From a phage: a stretch of 64,000 bases of DNA. Positions 41,575 through 50,642 of this stretch are shown one piece after another. Every line of letters starts with the position of its first letter. The stretch's first letter is position 1. A program made the position numbers and the translations under genes. The DNA lies in the sequence record PZ445431.1. The stretch is one strand, 5' to 3'. The notes beneath the pieces were generated by a model, which saw only the letters and a program-made list of their open reading frames with translations, did no database searches and was not told the origin of the DNA.

Positions 41575-41867
41575 TTGAGTTCTTCAGCTCGTTTCTGTAC
41601 TTCATGCAAGACCTCTGATTCACTGAGGATTTGCGTAAAAGCGTAGAATAGCTGTGATGTAGTTTCTAGGGTATAAGGAAAAGAGAAGCCTGATTTCGTT
41701 GGAAACCACTCTCCAGTAATATCTTGGAGCCAGTAACGAATTCCCATGTATAGATTCCCACGAAATTCAGATACGGTTAGTCTTACTTGTTCCCCCTCCT
41801 TCTCCCAAAGCATGATGGACTGGTCGTCAACGTGTCCTTCATAGTTTTGATTTACCTGATCGCTCAT
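41559..41867 (-). CDS. PC4-like ssDNA-binding / transcription coactivator homolog
   Basis: 102 aa; RLTVSEFRGNLYMGIRYW...GEWFPTKSGFSF fits PC4/YdbC-type fold; a T5 PC4 homolog is described. Confidence 0.55.
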   Translation of the reverse strand: MSDQVNQNYEGHVDDQSIMLWEKEGEQVRLTVSEFRGNLYMGIRYWLQDITGEWFPTKSGFSFPYTLETTSQLFYAFTQILSESEVLHEVQKRAEELKAKNA

Positions 41868-41917
41868 TTACATATCCCAAATACACAAAAAGCCCCATAT
41901 AGGGGCTAATTGGTTTC

Positions 41918-42214
41918 TTATCGGCCTACTGGAGAAGCACGATCTAACTCTGACTGGAGGCTCGTCACACGGCGAACTTTCGCAACAGGAATAAAACGGA
42001 AGCTATCATTAGTACGAGAGAAAACGAGGATTTCATCTTCTTTCGGCTTACGGATGCGCTCACGTTTAATACGCTCAGCCAGGTATTTATCCTGAGCTGG
42101 ATCAAATTCCATCGTACCCTGAAGGTACGTGGTTCCTTTCTGACGAAGTTTTTCGTAATGAAGATAAAACTCACCAAATTTTTCGCATTGAGCAATAATT
42201 TCAGCTTTATTCAT
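41918..42214 (-). CDS. hypothetical protein
   Basis: 98-aa ORF. Confidence 0.3.
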   Translation of the reverse strand: MNKAEIIAQCEKFGEFYLHYEKLRQKGTTYLQGTMEFDPAQDKYLAERIKRERIRKPKEDEILVFSRTNDSFRFIPVAKVRRVTSLQSELDRASPVGR

Positions 42215-42250
42215 AACTGTATTCCTTGTGTTGGTGGATTTATCTAAGAA

Positions 42251-42661
42251 TTACTTAGTGATAGCTCGGATAGCTTCCGCCAGATGAGCAGCTGCTTTAC
42301 CGGTCAGCTTGTCGATGATTGCGTCGTCCAGGAAGTCCGGTGCTAAGCCAGCATCAGAGAATGCAGAGCGAAGATCGGAGTGAGCCTGAGCTTTGGAAGT
42401 ACGAGAACCACCAGAAGCTTTTTCTCCAGTAGATGCGTTTGATTTAGAAGTAGAGCCAGCAGCTTTCTTGATATACAGACCTGCTTTGGTCAGCTTCATA
42501 CGGAAACCGTTCGGAGTTACACCATTTTCCTGAGCAATTTCGCTAACAATTTCCATGCTAACGCCCGGACGCTCATCTTCTGGGAATTGCTCCATACGAG
42601 CAACGTAGTCGGAAGACATTTTTTCGAACAGTTCATCAGTCCACTGAGTTGGAGTAGTCAT
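42251..42661 (-). CDS. hypothetical protein (codon-optimised, likely abundant)
   Basis: 136-aa ORF with strongly biased codon usage. Confidence 0.4.
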   Translation of the reverse strand: MTTPTQWTDELFEKMSSDYVARMEQFPEDERPGVSMEIVSEIAQENGVTPNGFRMKLTKAGLYIKKAAGSTSKSNASTGEKASGGSRTSKAQAHSDLRSAFSDAGLAPDFLDDAIIDKLTGKAAAHLAEAIRAITK

Positions 42662-42768
42662 ATTTTTCGATTTCCTTAATTAAGAATTAAACAGAATAGT
42701 TCTTTCAAACTATGAGAATATTATATCAAGAATTACAGGATTAAGCAACTGAAATTTTTCAGTAACTG

Positions 42769-43032
42769 CTACACATCTAGTTCAACGATCTCCCAATCGT
42801 CGGCCAGAGCTTCGTCTAGGGTTAGGGAGGTGGTTTTCCATGTTGCGTCTTTTATATCGAACTTGGTATACCCATCTACATCAGGCCACCAAGTAAATTC
42901 GATAATATCATTATTATCAACATCTACCTTTATAATGGTAGAGTAGCAGCTACGAACATCCCAGTTAACCCAACTATCTCGCTGGAGATATTTTACGTCT
43001 CCAGCTTTTAACAGATCAGTTAGTTTACTCAC
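42769..43032 (-). CDS. hypothetical protein
   Basis: 87-aa acidic ORF. Confidence 0.3.
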   Translation of the reverse strand: MSKLTDLLKAGDVKYLQRDSWVNWDVRSCYSTIIKVDVDNNDIIEFTWWPDVDGYTKFDIKDATWKTTSLTLDEALADDWEIVELDV

Positions 43033-43729
43033 GGCGTTTTCCTTTCTCTTTATCGAGTTTCAAGGCAGCTTTAACAGCTTCATTAACCAACGTGATAACT
43101 TCTTCACGACTCCACTTAAATCCTAGAGCTTTAACATCAACTCCCAGCTTTTCCAGATGTTTAACAGAAGCTAATTCGTAGTGCATATAGTGAACGTTCT
43201 GTTGTTTACCTTCTGATAACAACCAAACACGGTAGCAGCCAACTGGGTTAGTCATTGCTTTCTTGATTTCACCAATACACTGATAGCCAGGAACCCAAAC
43301 AAGTTCACCAACTTCAAATTCTTCTGCCATTGCATCATCAGGAATCAGCGGTGGATTCAATGGATCAACAATATCGTTTAAACGAAGCAAAGCACCATAA
43401 CGTTCCAGAACAGATTTAATCATCGCTACAGAACGATAATTACGATCTGCGATTTCTTCAAAAGAATCACCAGAAAGATACTGTTCAATTACGTTTGCAA
43501 GCTCAACACCCTCAATCAGTGTTCCGCGCTTCTTCTTTTTCATTTCCGCAACTTGAACCTGACGATCTCTCCATTCTTCGATCATTCGTTCCATAGTTGG
43601 GTTAGAAGAAACACCGAGCATTTCACATGCTGCTTTCTTAGTACCACCATTCTCCAGATGTTCAATAACCTTTTTAAAGGTTTCATCAGGGATTTCATGG
43701 ATAAGTTTCTTTCTACGAGAACCAGCCAT
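43025..43729 (-). CDS. putative HTH DNA-binding regulatory protein
   Basis: 234 aa; HTH-like GGTKKAACEMLGVSSNPTMERMIEEW; first gene after PN25-like promoter. Confidence 0.4.
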   Translation of the reverse strand: MAGSRRKKLIHEIPDETFKKVIEHLENGGTKKAACEMLGVSSNPTMERMIEEWRDRQVQVAEMKKKKRGTLIEGVELANVIEQYLSGDSFEEIADRNYRSVAMIKSVLERYGALLRLNDIVDPLNPPLIPDDAMAEEFEVGELVWVPGYQCIGEIKKAMTNPVGCYRVWLLSEGKQQNVHYMHYELASVKHLEKLGVDVKALGFKWSREEVITLVNEAVKAALKLDKEKGKRRE

Positions 43730-43760
43730 ATTTAAACTCCTCTCTCAAATTTATGAATCT

Positions 43761-43789
43761 ATTATACAGAAAAATTTTCCTAAAAGCAA
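43761..43789 (-). promoter_or_regulatory. T5 PN25-like strong early promoter
   Basis: minus strand reads TAAAAAATTTATTTGCTTTTAGGAAAATTTTTCTGTATAATAGATTCATAAATTTGAGAGAG, near-identical to recalled T5 PN25. Confidence 0.75.
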
Positions 43790-43798
43790 ATAAATTTT

Positions 43799-44083
43799 TT
43801 ATGATTCTTTGAGCAAAGAAGCAAGTTCAGCATAGACTTTATCTAACTCAAAGCCAATGCGAAGAGACACACGAGTCTTCCGTTGTTTAAGTAACCACTC
43901 GGATATGTTAGGGATGCCAGCTAATCTATGCGGTACCACCCTACATAGCTTTTCCGCAGTATCGTAAACAGAAGTTTTACGTTCTTTTACTGGGAACTTC
44001 CTTGTTTCCCACTTTTTATTCTTCGCTGTCATTTCTAGCCCCCAATTCAGCAAGAGCTTCCTCATGCATCTGACGTTCTTCAT
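43799..44083 (-). CDS. hypothetical protein
   Basis: 94-aa basic ORF overlapping 3' end of upstream gene; start uncertain. Confidence 0.25.
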   Translation of the reverse strand: MKNVRCMRKLLLNWGLEMTAKNKKWETRKFPVKERKTSVYDTAEKLCRVVPHRLAGIPNISEWLLKQRKTRVSLRIGFELDKVYAELASLLKES

Positions 44084-46928
44084 CTGTCATAAACTTAACT
44101 GGAATCGGCATACATTCGATCTTACAGTAAGTTCTGTACCAGTCCACAATCTTTTCCGTATCCAGATCTTTACCGATACCCATCATGCCAAGATACATAC
44201 GAGCATATTTTGGGTTAGCGCTCTGACCTGTCTTAAGGAAGAAATCCTTCTTCTTATTCTTAAGAGCTTCGATAAACGGTTTGATTGTTACGTTTGAACA
44301 CTTTTTAATATCTTCCCAGAACATGTCGTGCATCTTATGGAAGAATGCAGCTCTATCGTTTGGTTTATCCTTAATATACTGTTCAACGTGTTCCACTATT
44401 ACATCTTTAATAGAATCCAGATGATAATAGCGAACCAGAAGTAACTTGGCTTCATAGGCATCTGCATGACGTGGTGCGCAATATTCAGGAGTTGAGTGCA
44501 AAATAGCTTTGATTCGCTCTTCTATATACTCGTTGCCTGCACCTTCGATAGTTCCCCAGCTTTCGCTGAAAATATCGATAGTTGCACCCTGATCAAGCAG
44601 ATAATAACGCAAAGTACTAGTATAGTTTCTAGATTCCAGCTCACGACGACGTGCGTACAGTTGTTGGGCTAACTCAATCCAACCTTCGTCAATATTATAT
44701 TGCTCGGAACCCGCAGAAAATCCACTCGTAGATTTATCAATAAAATAATAAATGTTCTGAGCACCACGGTCGCGCCTGATTGCTTGGAAACGCATGTTTG
44801 GCGCTTGGTTTGAGGTTCTAGTGATTACGAATACGTTATCAAAATAGTTAAAGTCAACACCACTCGTTACAGATGGACTACATAATAAACAATCAATCTG
44901 TTGATCAATTAGCTCATTAGTTGTATAATCCAGAATACGTCGGATATCTACATCAGACGTAGAGTTTGAGTGAATTTCTTTAACTAACGCACCAGTATTA
45001 CGACGTAATGCCATTCCCTTCTCATTCAGTTCATCAGGGCCACAATCAGATACTAGGATTGATTTCTCCCCCATCTCTAAAGATGTTTGAAGTGCAACCC
45101 AAATACTGGATTCATCAGGGAATTCATAAGCATGAGCTTTTGCCAGCATTTTACGGTGATGATTATAGAACGCAACCGGTTTATCAAAATCAATCAAAGA
45201 ACCATAGGCTTCAATCGTTTCTGCACTGATATCCCCATCAGATAAGATCACCGTTTTTGCAGTAATAAGAATATCACGAAGAACCTGAATACATTCACGA
45301 CGGTTTTTAACAACCGGAGCGAATAACAGATCATTCATTACTGCGTCACATTCATCAATAAAGATCGTATCAATCTGACCCACAAAGCTCTTGAACTTAT
45401 GTATAGAGTGAATAGTTGAAGACATACGATCAATAGCACCACGTTTGAAGTTCAGCATATCAACTGACTTATCATACTGGCCAGCACCGAATTTCTTCGC
45501 GTTAGAAGATACAAGTGCCCTAGTATTTGTGATTGCAATAAAGTTTCCTGGAAGAACACCTGCATCTAGCCACTTAGTTACTGCGGTAGTTTTACCCGTA
45601 CCAAGACTTGCCTTAACAAATGTTAAATGTCCTTTTGGTGGTACAATATTAATTTTCAGGTATGGAACTTCTGGTGGAGAATCTGTGTCTAGACGTTTTA
45701 ATGGTACACCTTTTAAGTTTGGTGGAATCTCACGTTTGGAGTTATTTACAAAGGCTTTGAGAGCCTGCTTACGACCGTTATTAAAGTAATCTTGAATATT
45801 ACGACTATTATCCTTAGTTGCAATATATTCAGATAAGGCTGGTTTAATCTCACGTTCCAACCACGTAAAATCAACACCATCTTCTAACGCTCTGTGATAA
45901 AGTTTTGGGATAATACGCAGGTACACTCCATCCTCAGCTTCTTCTAGTTCGCTGATGGTTTCTTCCACTTTATCAGATGCAGCCTTCTTACCTTTAATTT
46001 GGTCAAGTAAGGAGTAGAATTCTTCTTTGAACTCGCCTCTAGTTGTCTCAAAGTCAACTAGGTTATTAGGTAGATTCACCTTCGAACCCTTAACGTACAC
46101 AAGACGTGGTTTATTCTCCGCTTTAAACGGATCGACTATACCATCATCAAATAAGGGATCTGCGAAATAGTGAAGCTGAACAGAAGAATAATAAGCTAAG
46201 TCAGCAATATCAAAGCCATACTTTTGCTTACTACTGTCATTGATAGATGTAAATAAGAACTTTAACTGTCCCTGCGTTACCTTGACATTAGATTCTAGCA
46301 TTAAGTGCATTCGGATACCTAGTTTTAGGCCAGCCGAAGACGATGCATGAGCAATAAACCCTGCATCAAGAGGGAACATATCCTCACTAATACTATTCAA
46401 CATCTTAATAATATGACGTGCCATGCCAACAAGATTAAACTTGTCATAGCCACCAGTATCTACAATACCATCCACGTCCATAGCAATAATATGACTAGGA
46501 TTGGATACGTTAAAGTTTCCTCTGGTACGACGCACATTATCTTTTGGAGCTAGACATTTACCACGAATAGCTACAATATGCGGGTCTTTGGTAAGACGAC
46601 GCATGATAGGTAACATTTCAGCAAGGTTTTGCGGGTCAAGTTCTTCAAGTACGTCAAATTTGAAGGGCATGGAAGCTGGTTTACCTTCTGGATGCTCTTT
46701 AGAGAATCGCTTTGCAAAGGTGTAATCTTCCACTTTGATCTCTTTCCAGATGCCAGTGGCTTTATCTCTGGAAAATCCTGCGTGACCTTGTAGGATTGAG
46801 AACACAACAATACTCCTATGTTGGTTATTCGAATATCTTTCTTTAGGACTATTCAAAAGAATAGAACAACTATTACTACCATTTACACAAACATTAATCA
46901 TCATCAAGCAGTATGAATAAGTTATCAT
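44016..46928 (-). CDS. large P-loop NTPase, putative replication origin-binding / helicase-like protein
   Basis: Walker A ASLGTGKTT and Walker B IFIDECDAV; up to 970 aa; N-terminal ~60 codons look non-coding and no SD at first ATG, so true start probably downstream. Confidence 0.5.
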   Translation of the reverse strand: MITYSYCLMMINVCVNGSNSCSILLNSPKERYSNNQHRSIVVFSILQGHAGFSRDKATGIWKEIKVEDYTFAKRFSKEHPEGKPASMPFKFDVLEELDPQNLAEMLPIMRRLTKDPHIVAIRGKCLAPKDNVRRTRGNFNVSNPSHIIAMDVDGIVDTGGYDKFNLVGMARHIIKMLNSISEDMFPLDAGFIAHASSSAGLKLGIRMHLMLESNVKVTQGQLKFLFTSINDSSKQKYGFDIADLAYYSSVQLHYFADPLFDDGIVDPFKAENKPRLVYVKGSKVNLPNNLVDFETTRGEFKEEFYSLLDQIKGKKAASDKVEETISELEEAEDGVYLRIIPKLYHRALEDGVDFTWLEREIKPALSEYIATKDNSRNIQDYFNNGRKQALKAFVNNSKREIPPNLKGVPLKRLDTDSPPEVPYLKINIVPPKGHLTFVKASLGTGKTTAVTKWLDAGVLPGNFIAITNTRALVSSNAKKFGAGQYDKSVDMLNFKRGAIDRMSSTIHSIHKFKSFVGQIDTIFIDECDAVMNDLLFAPVVKNRRECIQVLRDILITAKTVILSDGDISAETIEAYGSLIDFDKPVAFYNHHRKMLAKAHAYEFPDESSIWVALQTSLEMGEKSILVSDCGPDELNEKGMALRRNTGALVKEIHSNSTSDVDIRRILDYTTNELIDQQIDCLLCSPSVTSGVDFNYFDNVFVITRTSNQAPNMRFQAIRRDRGAQNIYYFIDKSTSGFSAGSEQYNIDEGWIELAQQLYARRRELESRNYTSTLRYYLLDQGATIDIFSESWGTIEGAGNEYIEERIKAILHSTPEYCAPRHADAYEAKLLLVRYYHLDSIKDVIVEHVEQYIKDKPNDRAAFFHKMHDMFWEDIKKCSNVTIKPFIEALKNKKKDFFLKTGQSANPKYARMYLGMMGIGKDLDTEKIVDWYRTYCKIECMPIPVKFMTDEERQMHEEALAELGARNDSEE

Positions 46929-47301
46929 ACCTCAGTGCTGCGCTCTCTTAACTCTTATCCAGATCAGAACCTAGGTCATTGGCCGCTAAGCCGATTCTGA
47001 TTGCCCTCACTATCCTATTGGTAGGTGGCTACTGGACGTGTCACCATTCGCTGCTCTTTTCGTTCGCACCCCCATATAAAGCTCTGCCTATATAACGAGC
47101 TAAATATGCACGGTTTGGATTTACCTTTCCGAATTCAGGGTACGCAGATCACTTAATTGATAATTAACTAATGCAGTATAAACACTAGTAATAGTTAAAA
47201 CAACCCTTAATGGGGCAGCCTAACTGTTCCGTATTGCGGATTGTAAACAAGAAAAATTAGCAAAATCAATTTTTACTAATGTCTCTCAATTCAATATAAA
47301 T

Positions 47302-47331
47302 ATTATATCAAGATTTTGAGCATCCTGCAAG
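47302..47331 (-). promoter_or_regulatory. T5-type early promoter
   Basis: minus strand CTTGCA - 18 nt - TATAAT. Confidence 0.45.
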
Positions 47332-47421
47332 TAAAATTTTTCCGAAGGTGCTATCAGTGTCCTTGAGCACAGAGAAAACCGAGTCATTTTGACTCGGTAA
47401 TCAGGATTGAGCTAATGAAAA

Positions 47422-47817
47422 TCAATCATCATTTAGGCCTGGGACATAGATTCCAATGCGATTTAATTGACCTTTAGCTTCTTCGAGAATATCTTCGGTG
47501 TACTCCCAAATATCATCTTCTACTTGCAAAAGATAAGGGGATTCACCAGTTTCGGGGTCACGTGTAATGGCTAAGCCACGTGGATGGAATATAGAGAAGT
47601 TGAGGGCAACAATCAAGCCCATACTGGACAATTCATTCCAGTCAGCTTCCCAACCATCATCTTCATCTTCGTCCACAAAGACACCTACACTAGGGTCTGT
47701 TACAGAAGTAAACGGAAATGTTACACTAACCTTGTCAACCCCCAACCAACGTGCAAGGAGCCCTTCAGCACGCTCTACCAAACTAGGATCTATCTGACGC
47801 CAAAATACTTGTTCCAT
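47422..47817 (-). CDS. hypothetical protein, tandem paralog B
   Basis: 131 aa; shares W-E-W-EL-MGL-ALN...TGE-P...QV...W-Y-E...L-R-G...PGL pattern with adjacent ORF. Confidence 0.4.
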   Translation of the reverse strand: MEQVFWRQIDPSLVERAEGLLARWLGVDKVSVTFPFTSVTDPSVGVFVDEDEDDGWEADWNELSSMGLIVALNFSIFHPRGLAITRDPETGESPYLLQVEDDIWEYTEDILEEAKGQLNRIGIYVPGLNDD

Positions 47818-47826
47818 TCTGCCTCC

Positions 47827-48255
47827 TTAAGCAGTTAAACCTGGGATCATATACCCGAAACGACGAAGTTTCTGAATCCCCTCATTTACTTCCTCGGGCG
47901 AATATGACCAGCCCTCACTTTCATTTACCTGGAAAGCAGGAGCTTCACCAGTGCGATAATTTACAATAAGACGGTGATTTGCAGGCATAAACAGCTTATG
48001 GTTCAAGGCAAAAACCAGACCCATTTCATCGAGTTCTTTCCAGTCTACAATCTCTTCTACTCCCTCCCCTAAATCCACGCTAACTCCAATACACGGAGCT
48101 TCCTCTAGTGGGCCTTTAAAAGACAGGAAGATATCGTTATTCTCACACCAAATCTTAAGCAGATTGATGGTTTCATTGTACATACCATTAGGGAGAGAAC
48201 GCCAGAAGTTGAGGAGCATAGGATTTACCTCTTTCATGAAAATATTATTGAACAT
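47827..48255 (-). CDS. hypothetical protein, tandem paralog A
   Basis: 142 aa; paralogous to 47422-47817. Confidence 0.4.
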   Translation of the reverse strand: MFNNIFMKEVNPMLLNFWRSLPNGMYNETINLLKIWCENNDIFLSFKGPLEEAPCIGVSVDLGEGVEEIVDWKELDEMGLVFALNHKLFMPANHRLIVNYRTGEAPAFQVNESEGWSYSPEEVNEGIQKLRRFGYMIPGLTA

Positions 48256-48257
48256 GC

Positions 48258-48797
48258 TTATACCTTAAGTTTCTGAAGAGCCTTACACATTTCAAGATCT
48301 GGACTAAATTCCAGCATATAGCTTATAGCATTTAAATCTTGAAGGTTTATTCCAGTCCTGCCATTTACAATAACAGTAGGAAATTGGTACATCATAGCAC
48401 CAGCATCATCTAGGACGCACCAATGCTTGAGCTTATGTTTTTCTACGAAACGTAAGACAGAATTACCTCGAGATAAACCACCTCCAGTAAAATCTGTTGT
48501 ACCAAGAAAACGATCGATCAAACCGAGTCCGGTCATAATCTGAACGTTCTCCATTTCATTTCGTACAGAAAACCATGAAGAGACCCCAACAATCATTATT
48601 GGGGAGGGTTTAAGAAAGTTCTGAAAAGCCTGGAGTAATGGCTTATAAACCCAATCACTGCCAAAGAACAGCTTTTCACTGTCTGGAGCATAATGGTGAG
48701 AGATGCTCGAATTGAGCACCCCATCAATATCCAGGAAAATCACAGGAGTATTACTTATTTCCACCAGTAGCATCCCACGTCCAGACTTTAACTTCAT
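48258..48797 (-). CDS. HAD-superfamily phosphatase
   Basis: HAD motif I VIFLDIDGVLN and motif IV VLDDAG. Confidence 0.5.
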   Translation of the reverse strand: MKLKSGRGMLLVEISNTPVIFLDIDGVLNSSISHHYAPDSEKLFFGSDWVYKPLLQAFQNFLKPSPIMIVGVSSWFSVRNEMENVQIMTGLGLIDRFLGTTDFTGGGLSRGNSVLRFVEKHKLKHWCVLDDAGAMMYQFPTVIVNGRTGINLQDLNAISYMLEFSPDLEMCKALQKLKV

Positions 48798-48936
48798 CAG
48801 TAAAAGGAACTGGAACCTTCAATTCACCTTTACCCCACATAACAGATAGGAACAGAGAATAAATGGTAATCATACCGATTAGGTTGACAAACCATACTAG
48901 ACCTTTCCAGATACCCTTAAAAATCTTCTTCACCAT
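48751..48936 (-). CDS. small single-pass membrane protein
   Basis: ATG at 48936 preceded by AAGGAGGG; hydrophobic helix LVWFVNLIGMITIYSLFLSVMW. Confidence 0.35.
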   Translation of the reverse strand: MVKKIFKGIWKGLVWFVNLIGMITIYSLFLSVMWGKGELKVPVPFTDEVKVWTWDATGGNK

Positions 48937-49076
48937 ATTCTCCCTCCTTAATAAGGAACTCTTTCCATTCTGCTGTATCCTCATAGATAACGCAGAAATC
49001 ATCACTCTTCCATGAGAAGTCATCGGTAGCAAATTCGAAACGGTAGCACCAACTACCGTCCGGCCATACTAAAAGA

Positions 49077-49928
49077 TCACACATGCTCTTGCGGTGCATA
49101 AATAGTTCCTTCCATAAAGGCTTCTACTTGACCAATGAAATGCTTGTTACCAAAAACTTCGGCAGCTCCAGCCCGCCATACAGTAACACCACGTTTCTCA
49201 TACTCAAGCTGTTCATCATAACGAACTTGAGGGTTAACAACCATCATCTTAGTTCCACGACATACAGCAGGAAATAGCTCCCAGTTGAAGTCGATTACTT
49301 GGTTGCTACAACCTACTACAATAACCATATCATTGCTAGTAAGTGTATCAAACAGGTTAATCTGACCCATATACCACGGAGCCGTCTCACCAAAGAATGT
49401 TACGTTTGGTTTTACCCATTCGTAATCCTCAGGGGCAATCGCAGTATACCCAACATCTTCGATGATTTGGTTGCGACCCTGACGATAGATCACCTCTTTC
49501 AAGTACCCGTGAGCGTGAATGATTTCATCACGAGGGATACCAGCACGTTCCAGAAGGTCATCAACGTTAGTAGTGAAGTTCTTCACGCTATCCGCACCAT
49601 AACGCTGGAACCATTCTGCAATTCGCAGATGGGCAATGTTAGGCTCAACAGTCTGTAATTCCTGACGACGCATGTTGTAGAACTCATGAGTCTTGAGATA
49701 CAGATCGTTACCATCTTTATCAATGCCAGGGAAACGAGCACTGAAGTAGTTAGGATCATCTTCACCACAGAAGCGACGGAAGCCAGCTTCAAAGTTAGGC
49801 AAGCTACATACTTCCTCTAGATCGTACTCATCCCACAAGGATTTCCCACTAGCAGTATCAGTACGGAAAGCACGAACACCACTATCTACACTCAAACCTG
49901 CACCACTAACAACGATTAGTCTACGCAT
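49077..49928 (-). CDS. Sir2 (sirtuin)-fold protein lacking the zinc-ribbon module
   Basis: 283 aa; GAGLSVDSGVRAFR, TTNVDDL, IHAHG, VTFFGE and VIVVGCS match sirtuin Rossmann motifs; no Cys4 zinc site. Confidence 0.6.
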   Translation of the reverse strand: MRRLIVVSGAGLSVDSGVRAFRTDTASGKSLWDEYDLEEVCSLPNFEAGFRRFCGEDDPNYFSARFPGIDKDGNDLYLKTHEFYNMRRQELQTVEPNIAHLRIAEWFQRYGADSVKNFTTNVDDLLERAGIPRDEIIHAHGYLKEVIYRQGRNQIIEDVGYTAIAPEDYEWVKPNVTFFGETAPWYMGQINLFDTLTSNDMVIVVGCSNQVIDFNWELFPAVCRGTKMMVVNPQVRYDEQLEYEKRGVTVWRAGAAEVFGNKHFIGQVEAFMEGTIYAPQEHV

Positions 49929-50122
49929 TATACGATTCCTTGCTTGAATCCTTCGATGATATTTTGGAGCAGAATTGCTTCTTCTGGGCGAACCTTCTCT
50001 TGCTTAATAAGCATATCCAAACCAGCAATACAGGTAGCTACTCCAGCATTATACCCAGCATTCCACTGCTCCATGAGCATATTTTCTAAATTACTTTTTA
50101 GATTCTGATTCAAGAAGTCCAT
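49928..50122 (-). CDS. hypothetical protein
   Basis: ATG at 50122 with GGAGG SD; stop overlaps Sir2 start. Confidence 0.3.
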   Translation of the reverse strand: MDFLNQNLKSNLENMLMEQWNAGYNAGVATCIAGLDMLIKQEKVRPEEAILLQNIIEGFKQGIV

Positions 50123-50294
50123 AAAGTTTTTCCTCCAATTCCATAATACGATTTTCGTAAGAAGCACGCAGCTTCTCGATGGACAAAGCACGAACTGTAA
50201 CTTCATCTGAATTGATCGCTAGCTGAGCTAGATCTTCTGTTTCCATACGTCCGTTGTAAATTAAGCGATATTTAAGATGTTTTACGTTTTTCAT
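50091..50294 (-). CDS. hypothetical protein
   Basis: 67-aa ORF in operon. Confidence 0.3.
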   Translation of the reverse strand: MKNVKHLKYRLIYNGRMETEDLAQLAINSDEVTVRALSIEKLRASYENRIMELEEKLYGLLESESKK

Positions 50295-50303
50295 TCTTGT
50301 TCC

Positions 50304-50585
50304 TTAGTTCTGTACTGTAAATTCATTCTTATCACAGTGAGCATAATAATACCCATACATACGATAAATTTTCACAGCCTTAGTAGACCCCTTCGATTCT
50401 TCATAATCAATCCAGAGCCACTTGTCTTTACCTACATAATGTACCCGAAACTTCTTAACTTTCTTATCATTCCATGTTGCAACAACACGACGATAATCAA
50501 ATCCGCCCAACCAATCTAGAGCCTTACGTTCTTCACTAGGCTCTCCAAGATGGGAAACATCTACTTTTGGAAGCAATTCGCTCAT
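50304..50585 (-). CDS. hypothetical protein
   Basis: 93-aa ORF; first gene after promoter, SD GAGGAGAAAG. Confidence 0.4.
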   Translation of the reverse strand: MSELLPKVDVSHLGEPSEERKALDWLGGFDYRRVVATWNDKKVKKFRVHYVGKDKWLWIDYEESKGSTKAVKIYRMYGYYYAHCDKNEFTVQN

Positions 50586-50613
50586 AGCTTTCTCCTCTCA
50601 AATTTATAAATCA

Positions 50614-50642
50614 ATTATACATAAGTTTTAGTTCGAAAGCAA
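50614..50642 (-). promoter_or_regulatory. T5-type early promoter
   Basis: minus strand TTGCTT - 17 nt - TATAAT followed by TTTATAAATTTGAGAGGAG. Confidence 0.6.

Noticed and set aside
46929-47260. Possible tRNA gene in the long intergenic region (TAGCTCGTTATATAGGCAGAGC resembles a D-arm)
   Set aside because: No matching acceptor stem, anticodon arm or GTTCRANYC T-loop could be assembled by eye; left as an unexplained non-coding region pending tRNAscan/Infernal.
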